From Gracilinanus agilis (taxonomy: Eukaryota), in assembly GCF_016433145.1 (NCBI RefSeq), contig NC_058130.1:544677913-544741912 (forward strand): a stretch of 64,000 bases of DNA, read 5' to 3'. Of this stretch, positions 1-10,790 are shown one piece after another (position 1 is the first letter of the stretch; the number at the start of each line of letters is the position of its first letter). The notes under the pieces are model-generated. The model saw only the letters and a program-made list of their open reading frames with translations. It did not search any database and was not told the origin of the DNA. The position numbers and the translations under genes are program-made.

Positions 1-80
1 TATATTATATTATATTATATTATATTATATTATATTATATTATATTATGTCATGTCATGTTATGTTATATTATATTATAT
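1..80. repeat. (TATAT)n microsatellite
   Basis: Direct inspection: 5-bp period, degenerating after ~48. Confidence 0.9.
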
Positions 81-286
81 AAACTTTCTTTTTATATTAA
101 CTTTATCTGACCAAAACTTGATTTATAGAATAATAATGTTAACTTTTCAACATTCCTCAGGTGGAAGCCAAAGGGAAGTTTGAAGTATTCTGAACTTTAT
201 GATTTACATTTTTCCCTACTTAACTATACAAGAGAATTTCTCTGACACTGAGTTTTCTTGGCTATCTTAGTGATATGTAAATCTCT

Positions 287-287
<1 letters not shown>

Positions 288-318
<31 letters not shown>
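288..318. repeat. (TCTG)n microsatellite
   Basis: Direct inspection. Confidence 0.9.
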
Positions 319-321
<3 letters not shown>

Positions 322-660
322 CTCATTAGTTCATGATAAACTAATCTGTTTAATCTGTAACCTGACTTAGTTTACCTATAGAGGTTATTTAAGAAGATTT
401 AATCTCTTTAAGTGACATGAGATTATGACTCTGCTTTTATGTAACTTTTATGACATTGAAGAAACATGAGATTATGAAGTTTGTAATATTCATGGCCACA
501 GTACTTGTTTCCTGTTGTAAATTTAAGTTTTGTTGCTTATAGCTGCTAATACTAACTCAGATTGACAGATATTAGAACGGTGCAGCTGAGGACAGAGGAA
601 TGACAGAGGTCCAATTGTGATGCTGCGCTATAAGTATGGTTAGCACCAAAGGGGGATTAT

Positions 661-1020
661 TGAAATTTATGCTGAGTCGGTCTAAGCAACTCCATTTTTA
701 AAACCTCATTTAGACTTTGACAAGGCAGTTGGTGTACATGAGATGCAATGCATATGCTCACCTCCCTCATCTTCTTGAAACATTTACCAACAAAGATACT
801 TAGGAAGGAGCTAAAGTGGCACCAACCCCAACTCCTCGTTGGACCAGATTAGGATTATTTTTTCTCCTTATATGGCAGTTGTTTTCTTTTCTCTATAAAA
901 AGCAGTAATGTGATTTGCCAGCTATTCTCTAACTGCTAACTGCCTTGGTGTGCCAAACTCCTTTTTAACTTTCTTTTTATGAAGTGGCTTCATTAATCAG
1001 GGCTGAGCCCAAATAAAGGA
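661..1020 (+). mobile_element. ERV-like 3' LTR (truncated) preceded by polypurine tract
   Basis: AAAGGGGG tract at 648-655 just before TG at 661; TATAAAA 894-900; AATAAA 1012-1017. Confidence 0.45.
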
Positions 1021-1144
1021 ATTTTTTTAATAATAGGATAGTTTCAAAAAAACCTGGAAGACTGATATGAACTGATGCAAAGTGAAGTTAATAGAAAATT
1101 TTATTCTGGACCCTCCTCCCCTAACCCACCACCCACAAAAAAAA

Positions 1145-1332
1145 TTTAAACCCTATTTTCTGTCTTTGAATCAATACTGGGTATTGGCTCTAAGGTGGAA
1201 GAGTGGGAAGAGCTAGGCAGTGGGGGTTAAGTGACTTGCCCAGGGCCATACAGCTAGGAAGTGTCTGAGGTCAGATTTGAATCCAAGACTATAGTCCTGG
1301 TTCTCAATCCACCCAGCCACCTAGCTACCCCT
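1145..1332 (-). mobile_element. SINE1_Mdo-like SINE
   Basis: Reverse complement matches the GGGGCAGCTAGGTGGCTCAGTGGATTGAG...AAGGGTTTAAA pattern shared by many copies in this window. Confidence 0.85.
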
Positions 1333-1788
1333 GTGTATACAGGTCTTAGCTGACATTTTTATGCTATAGCAATTAAAATCATTCATTCTAAGAATTTGTC
1401 CCAAGACCTGAGTCCTTAAAGCAGGCAGGAGGTGGCAAACTCATCAGTAAATTTCACTGAGGAAATTTCTGCTCTGGATTTTCAAAGGTGTAGTTCTAGA
1501 GCTGCTAAGCTCAGTATCGTTTTTATTAATATATGTGGTAGAAAATGAGTAAGTCTGAATGGGGTCATCAGAGTGTAGAGTCTAGTCTTTAACTTAATAA
1601 CTTCAGTTATTGATGGCAGCATGGTGAAGTGCACAGACAACCTGGCACCAAATCAAGAAAATGATGAGTTGAAATCCTGCCTTGAGACACTTCCTAACTA
1701 TGTGACTCCAGGCATGTTACTTAACTCCTCTGAGACCCAGTTTCCTCACCTCTAAAATGGAGCTGGCATACTCTAAGGTCCCTTCCAG

Positions 1789-1998
1789 GGGGTAGATGGG
1801 TAGCTTAGTAGATTGAGAACCAGACCTAGAGATAGGAGGTCCTGGTTTCAAATCTGGCTGTGTGACTCTGAGCAAATCACTTAACCTACACTGCCTAGCC
1901 CTTCCCACTCTTCTGCCTTAGAGTCAATATACAGTATTGATTCTAAGATAGAAGGTAAGGGTTTTATACATTTTTTTAACAATTTAAAAAAAAAAAAA
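1789..1998 (+). mobile_element. SINE1_Mdo-like SINE inserted in an older CORE-SINE, 14-bp TSD
   Basis: TSD AAGGTCCCTTCCAG at 1775-1788 and 1999-2012; A-rich tail. Confidence 0.9.
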
Positions 1999-2061
1999 AA
2001 GGTCCCTTCCAGCACTACTGTATAAGCCTAGCTTTTAGCAGTTCTCCAGAGGTAATTGGTT

Positions 2062-2500
2062 TGTGAGGATTAAATCACACTGCCCAAATTCATGAGTTTC
2101 TTGGTGTTAAATAGGAAGTTAACTTATTAATTTGTGATACGGACATCATGAGGAACATAATGCTCACAACTCCTAGCAATGGAACTCAAGGAAACCTCAT
2201 TCATAAACAGAAGGTGGCTTGATTAGAATGAATTTATAATGCAAAGGTGGCCTGCGTGCCATGAAGACCATAAAGCTCACAATTCCTAACTAGAGAACCA
2301 AGGGAACCTCATTCATAAACAGAAGGCGGCGTGATAAGCATGAATTATAAGACAAAGGTGGCAGATGATTTTAAGGGGCAGCTCCAATTGCCTATAGTAG
2401 CTTAATAAATCACCCTTCTTCACTCTAGAAACATGTGAGCACCAGAATAGATTTGTGTCTGCTACTCAGAGCACTAAACTCTGCTCAAAACCCTGAGACA
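2062..2500 (+). mobile_element. Solo LTR-like element with ~113-bp internal tandem duplication
   Basis: TG...CA ends, AATAAA 2404-2409, two diverged units at ~2146-2251 and ~2260-2362. No TSD or PBS found. Confidence 0.55.
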
Positions 2501-4310
2501 CATTTCTAGACTCCACGCTTCTACAAAATCCCCCTTCTATTGGTTCTTAATCATAGTAACATTGCCAAGCCATCATTCCACTTTTATCTGCCTCACTCCC
2601 TTGAGGGCAGGGCAGAGGCTCTTGCTTGATTTGGTTATCCTGTCATCTTCTTGCCCTTTTTCAAGTTTCTCTCTTGCCTTAAATCTTCTTTCCCTCTTGC
2701 TGTCTGACTATTCCGCTTCTGGTGGTACTCTATTATCTTCCTTCCTCCCTTCCTTCAAATCACACCTATGGTATGTGGATCCTTATTGGATTCAGTCTCT
2801 GAGGAGGTGACATCTCTGATCTGATCTTAGTGTTATCTTCCCGACCTCTGACTCTCTTATCCTAAATCATGTACTGCCTCTTTTGTTGGACTTGTAGACC
2901 AATGAGTCTGACCTTGCCTGCTGTAGTTAATACTACACAGTCATGCTTGTTATGCGTTTGAATGCTTCTGTTCTCAACCTCCAGCAGAGATTCTGATTGC
3001 CCCTGAAGTCTGTTCCTGAGTTTTCTGCCCATCAGCTTCCCGTGTAATCAAAAGCAGTCCTCCTACACCCAAACAAAAATACAAACATTTCCTTACGTGA
3101 CCGGATTAATCATTCTTAGCCTGACCTTTGAGAGTTTTTCCCTTTCTGAGTCAGAATAAAAATTTAAGTAAATAAACGTCACAGTTGTGAGGCTCCTCTT
3201 CATGAGAGGTTCTTCAAGGACAAAGACTTCAACCCTTGTAGAAAGTAAAAATGAAATCTGTCTGTCCCCCTCATACAGACCCTGCCGGTTTGGCTTGAAG
3301 ATTTTCATCAAGAAAGAAGAAAAGCTGCAGAAATAACCAATTTCACTACCAGGAGACTTGTTTGGCAGAGGAATGCTTTTAATTATTCAAATATTTTCAC
3401 AGCAAGGTATCCCTGTGGTTAATAACAGTTGTTTTTAGCAGAGCCAGAGTCCCGCTTGAGGTAACTATGGGATTACGTTAGAGCCATCCACCATATTCTT
3501 CTCCATCTCAAGATGGAATACAATGTCATCTCATGGCAGGGGTGAGTGTCCAGTGAATTTATCATGGATGGCTCTACCATGAAGAATATTAGCTGCTACC
3601 AGCTTGCTGTGTTTAACTAAAACTAGTCTGTCCCTTGTGGATGTGGGTCAGGTTTGAGATATTGTCAAAACCTCCCCTAATATGAATTTCCAGCCTTACA
3701 CAGTAGGGGGAAATTCCCCATCAAGACTCCTATTGGTTTTTCATCTTCTATGAAGAAAGCTAAAAAAGGACAAAGATACACTCTGGCACACAGGCAATGA
3801 AAGATAATAGTCCAGTGCCTTCTCCTCTATCCACCTGGAAAAGATTTCCATAAACAAAAGAGAAATTGAAATGCCAAGTTTGGAAATATTTTAGATTGCC
3901 CTGTTTAAATATAGGTCCCTGCAAAGTGTTCACTAATGAAAAGAACACAGGCAAAAGTAAGTTAGCTTAATAGCTTAGATAAGAAGAAATATATAAATAA
4001 ACTCAAATATCATCCCAGGTAAGGCAGTTCTCTTCAGGGACCTTAGAAATTAAGTCAATGTCAATTCTACATGGGTCTAAATGAACAAGGGTTCATAGGC
4101 ACGACTCCAATCTAATCCAACAAATATTTATTAAATACCTCTTGTGTACAAGTGCTATACTGGGGTTAGGAGATACAAAGATTTTTTAAAAAATATATTC
4201 CTTTCTTCCCTCAGGAAACAAAAATATATTTATTTGATTATCTTACTATAAGCTCCACCCCCAGAATTATATTTCTTTGTTAAAAGGGAGAACTTCAATG
4301 TAGAAAGGAG

Positions 4311-4441
4311 NNNNNNNNNNNNNNNNNNNNNNNNNNNNNNNNNNNNNNNNNNNNNNNNNNNNNNNNNNNNNNNNNNNNNNNNNNNNNNNNNNNNNNNNNN
4401 NNNNNNNNNNNNNNNNNNNNNNNNNNNNNNNNNNNNNNNNN
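4311..4441. other. Assembly gap (131 N)
   Basis: Run of N. Confidence 1.
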
Positions 4442-4870
4442 CATACCACAGATGAAAAAAGATATAATTACATCCTTTAAGAAAGATACTTAGCAGGAGT
4501 TATATCCTTTTTGTTTTTTGGACATTTGGGATTTTTGTTTCTGTTGATGTTAAGTTCAGAATTTTTCTTAAGTTTGAAGAAAATAGAAAAAAAAACTACC
4601 ATTTATTGTCTGACTAAAATTCTTTTAAGTATTGATTCCAGGGTCCCAATTGGCTCAGAACCATAGTATTCAACAAGTTATAATTCTCTTCTGCCCCTGC
4701 TTCTTTAGTACTCACAATTCTGAAGGCAGCCCATCCTTAAAAAATCAATCACTTTCCTAAGCACTGCTTGTGACACTTTTAAATATGACAGAATTACAAA
4801 AATCTCAGAAACATGAACTATTTTAGTCAATCTAATCCAATCTATCCCATCAAGTTCAATCCATCCCAGT

Positions 4871-4911
4871 AAAAACAAAACAAAACAAAACAAAACAAAA
4901 CAAAACAAAAA
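4871..4911. repeat. (AAAAC)n microsatellite
   Basis: Direct inspection. Confidence 0.9.
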
Positions 4912-6929
4912 ACCTCTCTGCAACATACCAAGAATTTAGTCATACCAAGGTCCTCCATTGAATAAGAACTAAGATAGTTCAGACAACCCATTCCGTTTTT
5001 AGGTAGTCTAATGGTTGGGAAGTTTTTTCTCATAGCAAGATTAAATTTACTTCATTATAGCTTCCTCATATTGCTTCCAAGTGTGCCCTCTGTGACCAAG
5101 CAGAACAAGTCTAATTTCTGTTGCTTGTGAAAGTCCTTCAGACACTTGTAGAAAGCTAGTATGTCCCCCCATCTATCCCCATCCTAGAGGCAATTAGGTG
5201 ACACCAGTGCTGGGCTTGGAGTCAGGATGTCCTGAGTTCAAATTCTGCCTTAGACACTGACTTTTGTGTGATTGGGAGCAAAATGTTTAACCTTTCAGAC
5301 ACAGTCTCCCCATCTGTAAAATGAAAAGGTTAGACTCAATCATTTCCAAGGGATCTTTTAGCTCTAAATCTATGATGCTACAAATCCTTGAGCATCAATG
5401 AATTAAACCCATAAACATTACGTAAAAGTATTAAACGTTGATATACTGGTATCTGTGAAATTTCTTGTGAAAAATGCTGTAAGAGAATATTATTCTATCG
5501 TAAGGAAATATTAATTCGAGAAATTCAGAGAAATGTGAGAAGACTTGTATGAACAAACAAAACATTATCATGAGATATACACAAACACAATTTCTAAAAT
5601 GTAAATGAAAAGATAAAAAAAAGAAGCCAAATTATGCATAATTAAAAAACCAGTAATAGTCCTAAAAAAAGATATTGAAATATAGCTTTCTAGGGCTATA
5701 TTTGGATCAGTGAATAGAGATACAGGCCTGGAGATAGGAGGGCCTGGGTTCAAATCTAATCTTAGATACCTCCTAGCTATGTGACCCTGGCCAAGTCATT
5801 TAACTCCAATTGTCTCTAACCTTTACCACTCTTCTACCTTGAAACTGATACTTCATGTTGATTTTAAGACAGAAGGTAATTTTAAAAAGAAAGAAATATG
5901 GTTTTCTCCAGAAAAGCAAAGAAATTGAAATAGAGATCAATATCATTAAAGAATAGCAATTCAAAATTTAGGAAATGAAATTGTGGCAAAAAAAACCCCA
6001 ACAACAGAATTTTTTTAAACAAAAAAAAATTTACCATCATCTAGCTAAGTTTATATTACAAATGCAAGGATGATCAAGAATAGGAAAAGTTAACATAATC
6101 TATTCAAAATAATAATAATTGTCAGTATTCTTATAGTGCTTTAGGATTTGTGCGAGATTTGCAGAAATTATCTCACTTCATCCTCACAACAATCGTGAGA
6201 GAGAGGTATAATTATCATCCCTATTTTGCAGATGTGGTAACTGAAGCAGATAAGGTAAAATGACTTGTCCAAGCCAGGGTCACATAGCTAATAAGTGTCT
6301 GAGGTCATATTTAAAATCAGACAATCTTCCCAACTCTAAGTCTAGCAACCTGTCTGCTAGGTTACTTAGCTGCCTTCAAAACAAAAACATATAAAACTAC
6401 ACAATAATATAAATAGGTGGAGAGAGGGAAAGACTTTGAGAGGAGAATAACACTTGCAGACCTCATGTTGTATTACTAAGTACCAATCATGACTTATATG
6501 AACTGATAAAGCGAGCAGAACCAGGAGCACAATATATACAGTAACAGAAATATTATATCCAAAGATTATCTGTGGAGGATTAAACCATTTATCAGCAAAG
6601 CAAGTCTCCAAGAGAATCGCAAGGGATCCATGTTGAAAATGCTATCCACAGTCAAAGAAGGAATAGTTGGAGTCTGAGTACAAATCAAAGCACATCATCT
6701 TCCAATATATTTCCTTCATGATATTTCTATTGTATTGTGATATGTCTTCTATCTTGGCATGAGCATTATGGGAATATGTATTACACAAAAGTACAGGTAT
6801 AATCTACATCAGACTATTCACCACTTTAGGGAAGTGGAGGAAGATAGGGAGAGAGAAAATCCGAATTTTAAAATGTCCAAAAAAATTGTCAAAAATTGTT
6901 CCTACATGTAACTGAAAGAAAAATTTTAA

Positions 6930-7760
6930 CTGGGGGAAAAGTAGCAATCATGAAAAACCATTTGGTAGTGGTTTAAAAAAATGGAAAAGTAGATCAAATG
7001 AACAGAGAAGAATCTGAAATAATAGAACTCGATAACTCATATTATGATAAACTTGAAAATATATTATAGGAAAGAATACTATATTTGATAAGAATTGCTA
7101 GGAAAATTGGAAAGCAGCCTGCAGAAATAAACCATAAATCAAAACATTACACCATATTCTACGAAAAATTCAAAATGGATAAATGACCTGAATATTAAAG
7201 ACCAACCATTAAAAATAGAAAAGAAAGAGATCATATGCTTTCTGAAGCTATGGGTAATGGATGAATTATTAACCCAATTTCAAAAACTGAAAGAGATGAT
7301 TTTTATTATTTGAAATTGAGAACTTTTCCCTTGAATTAAAATTAAGGAGTGATGAACTGGAAAAAAAAATATTTGTAGCAAATACCATTGAATAGGATCT
7401 GATATTTAAGCTATATGGGCAGCTAACAGAAATCCATAAGAGCAAGAGTCATTCCCCAAAAGATAAACATACAAAAGATATGGAAGTTTCCAAAAGAATT
7501 TCAATTCATGAATGACTATATAAAAAATTTCACCAAATCCCAAATAATAAGAGAAATACAAATTCAAACAGTCCTGAGATTTCAATTCATACCTAGCAAA
7601 TTGATAAAGATGACAAAAGATTAGTAAAATTGAGATGGGTGATTATGGGAAAATTGCCACACACTAGTGTATTGGTGGAGCTATGATTTTTTTTAACCAT
7701 TCTGAAAAGCAATTTGGATCTATGTGAAGAGAGTGACTAAAAATTACTAGAATTTATATA
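6930..7760 (+). mobile_element. Degraded L1 ORF2 3' fragment
   Basis: A-rich sequence with L1 ORF2-like segments (aaaaccatttggtagtggttt...aattcaaaatggataaatgacctgaatattaaag); further L1 3' pieces continue to ~8500. Boundaries approximate. Confidence 0.7.
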
Positions 7761-8532
7761 GTCCTTTAAGGTTTGCAAAGCAATTTACATATTTTATTCC
7801 ATTGATTCTCAGAACACTTGGTGAGATAATAGGCATATGAGTGAAACTTCCAATGACCCTCATACTTGTGCTCAACTATGTTTATATACTTTTACTATCA
7901 ATTTTTTAATATTAAAGAACTAGAAATGAAATAGATGGCTATCAGTCAGGGAATTAAAAACCCCCCAAAACTGTGGCACCTGAATATCAATGCACATGAT
8001 AAATGCAGAGAAGCTTGAAAGACAGAATTGATGCAAAGCAAATCCAGAAAATCAATATACGGTAGAACAGGAAAATTGCAACAAGAACAAGATAATAGAG
8101 AGGGAGCATTGATGTTATCACAACCAAGATGGGATCCAAAGAAGAGACAGAAAAGACATCTCTCCCTGATTCTTTGCAGTGGTGGGGAACCAGATAACAT
8201 CAGACCTTTTCCATTGGTTAATTATCTTTTTCTCCTTCTTTTACAACATTTTTTTACTAAAAGAGGCTCTCTGAGAGGAGGTGGGAAGAAATATACAATG
8301 GGAAATTTACCTCATGTAAAAACAAAAGATACCCATTAAAATTCACTTTGAAATTAAGAAAATCAAAATGAATTTTTAAAAACCAAATAATCTGAACTTT
8401 CACCTCATACTCAGCAAACTCTCAAAGACGATAAAAGATAGGAATAGTCAGGTTGAAGAAAGATAGACACTAAAGCACTGCTGGGAGAACTGTGAATTGG
8501 TCCAAACACTCTAAAAAAAAAATTTACAATGA

Positions 8533-9058
8533 CAGTTATCCCTTCCACATTGCATTTTTTCCCATTACAGTTTCCATCTATCATAGGTCAGCATAAGAAA
8601 TTAAATGATAATTTGGGAGAAGTTTTTTGGAAGCTACATACAACATGTAAAGGCCAGCAGATGACACAGAAAAAGTTTAGAAACTCAGAAATACATAAAA
8701 TAAAATCTCCGGCTCAAAGGTTAATAGTAGTATATGTATAGTATTGTATGATATCGACATATTTTATCTTTTAATACCACAAATATAGTTTCTTTTTTAA
8801 AGTTAAAGTAGGTAAAAAGTTATAAAGTTTGCAAAAAGAACATGAAAGCTAGCAGATGACAAAGAAAGACTACAAATGTAGAGATATCTTTAAACGTTTA
8901 GTAACTCATAACTACATATAAGGCTTTGTAAACATTTCATAAAAAAAAAAATTCAGGCTTCTTAAGAAGTATGGAGGAAAAGACAAAAGTTTTCCGCTGA
9001 TTTTCCAGATTGCAGGGGTGCTTAACCCCCATCCTCAGCAATATGGAAGGGATACTTG
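8533..9058. mobile_element. Tigger/pogo-like non-autonomous DNA transposon (MITE)
   Basis: Imperfect terminal inverted repeats CAGTTATCCCTTCCACAT (8533-8550) and ATATGGAAGGGATACTTG (9041-9058), AT-rich interior. Confidence 0.65.
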
Positions 9059-9974
9059 ACTTTGAAAATGACTGAAATATCCTTAACCTTTGATACAGAG
9101 ATTTTATTATTAGGAATATACCTTAAACTCAAATGACAAAGGGACAGAGAGGTGACTCAGTGGATAGAAATCCAGTAATAGAGATGGGAGGTTCTGGATT
9201 CAAATATGCCTCTAACACTTCCCAGCCGTGTGACCCTGGGAAAGTCTCCAAACTCCAATTACCTAGCCCTTACCATTCTTCTGCCTTGAAACCAACACTC
9301 AGTATCAATTCTCAGACAGAAGATAAGAGGTTTTTATTAAAACTAATAAATAAATAATTAAGTCAATGACAAAAAAGTGGATATGAATCTCGTATATACC
9401 AATTTATAGCAGCGCTTCTTGTAGTTGCAAAGAACTAGAAACAGATCAGATATCCACCCATTGGGGAATGGCTAAACAAGTTGTGGTTTATGAATATAAT
9501 CGAATATTACTTCTCTTTAAGAAATCATGTGTTTGATGAATACCAAGAAACATGGAAAGACTTATATGAGCTTACACAAAATGAGATGAGGAGAACAATG
9601 AGCACTGGCTCTGAATTCAGAAGACCTGGGTTCAGCTTCCACTTTAATGCTTACTGTGGTGTGAAGCCTTGGTAAAGTCATGTAATTCCCAAGCCATCTG
9701 AGTTCTCATCTGTACAGTGATGGCATTGGACTAGATGGCCTCTGAGGTTTCTTCAAATTGTACATCTATGTATATGCCTATAAACCTGAAATATATATTT
9801 TTTTAATTTATTTTTGTGAAATGGATGGGAAAAAAGCAATTGCTAAGTGCCTACTATGTGGAAAGCACTGGCAATAAATTAGAAAAATGGAGACAGCTCA
9901 TGCTCTGAAGGAGCTAATGAGAGAGACAACTTATTCAAGATGTTTTGATTGCAAGTCAAATGGAAAGTTCCATG

Positions 9975-10790
9975 GTTTTTATGGTGCAGTGGCAAAGCAC
10001 ATGCATATCCTTTAATATCATCTCCACTAATAAAACCATATCTATTTTTGTCATGAAGCCACTTGGAAGTAAGGACTTTGGTATGGAGCATTTTCCCCCT
10101 TGTCTTCAGTAGTTGTAGTTGCTGAGGAAGGGAAGGTTGCAACATGGGCAGATACACTTGCCAAGTTGCATCCTCATGGGAGTTGCTTCCCTTGGTGATG
10201 GCTATAAGGGTGGTCCTGGAAGCTGGCCCAGAAAGGGGGCGGGACCAGAGCCCTGGGGCTCATTTCTATTCCTGGGGTTCCCAGGATCAGCATCTCAGCC
10301 TGTCTCCATCGGGGTCTCACTGAAGGTTGTGGTCAAGGTGAAGATGATGGTTTGACTCTTCCAGGATGCGCATCTTCCTGTCTCTCCCACAGGGTACCTT
10401 GCTCTTTCAGCTAAAATGGCCTTCCTCTCCTTACACAGGAGAGGAAGTTGGTGGGCATAGCTGGCCCCTTCACCACTGTTCTCTGGATAATGGCTATGGG
10501 GCCAAGCCAGATGCTGGCCCAGTGATTTTAGGGGTGTCGCTATTCTTAGGAACCTTGAGCTTACTTGGCTCTTGGTGGCAATTGGTCAATAGTGTTGATT
10601 GTAGCACGGATGGTGGGAGATTGGCCTCCTCAGTTATGGCTGCAGAGATCAAGGCTAGAAGCTGGAGGCACTTCTACTCACAGGGTTTTGAGGTTCAGAA
10701 TCCCCTTCAGGTATGCATAAAGTATTGCCAGTAATTTGACATAGGCTGTCTCCTGGATGTCTCTCCCACAAGCTGTCTTTAGCACAATGT
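9975..10790 (-). pseudogene. Decayed ORF carrying a Y-box-type cold-shock domain fragment fused to an unrelated upstream region
   Basis: Minus-strand KTRGKMLHTKVLTSKWLHDKNRYGFISGDDIK (10106-10011) aligns by eye to the YBX CSD [30 protein letters not shown]. Upstream frames are broken by stops and frameshifts and do not resemble YBX1/2/3 N-termini. Confidence 0.65.

Noticed and set aside
4267-4449. 60-aa ORF in the track
   Set aside because: Artefact of translating the N gap.
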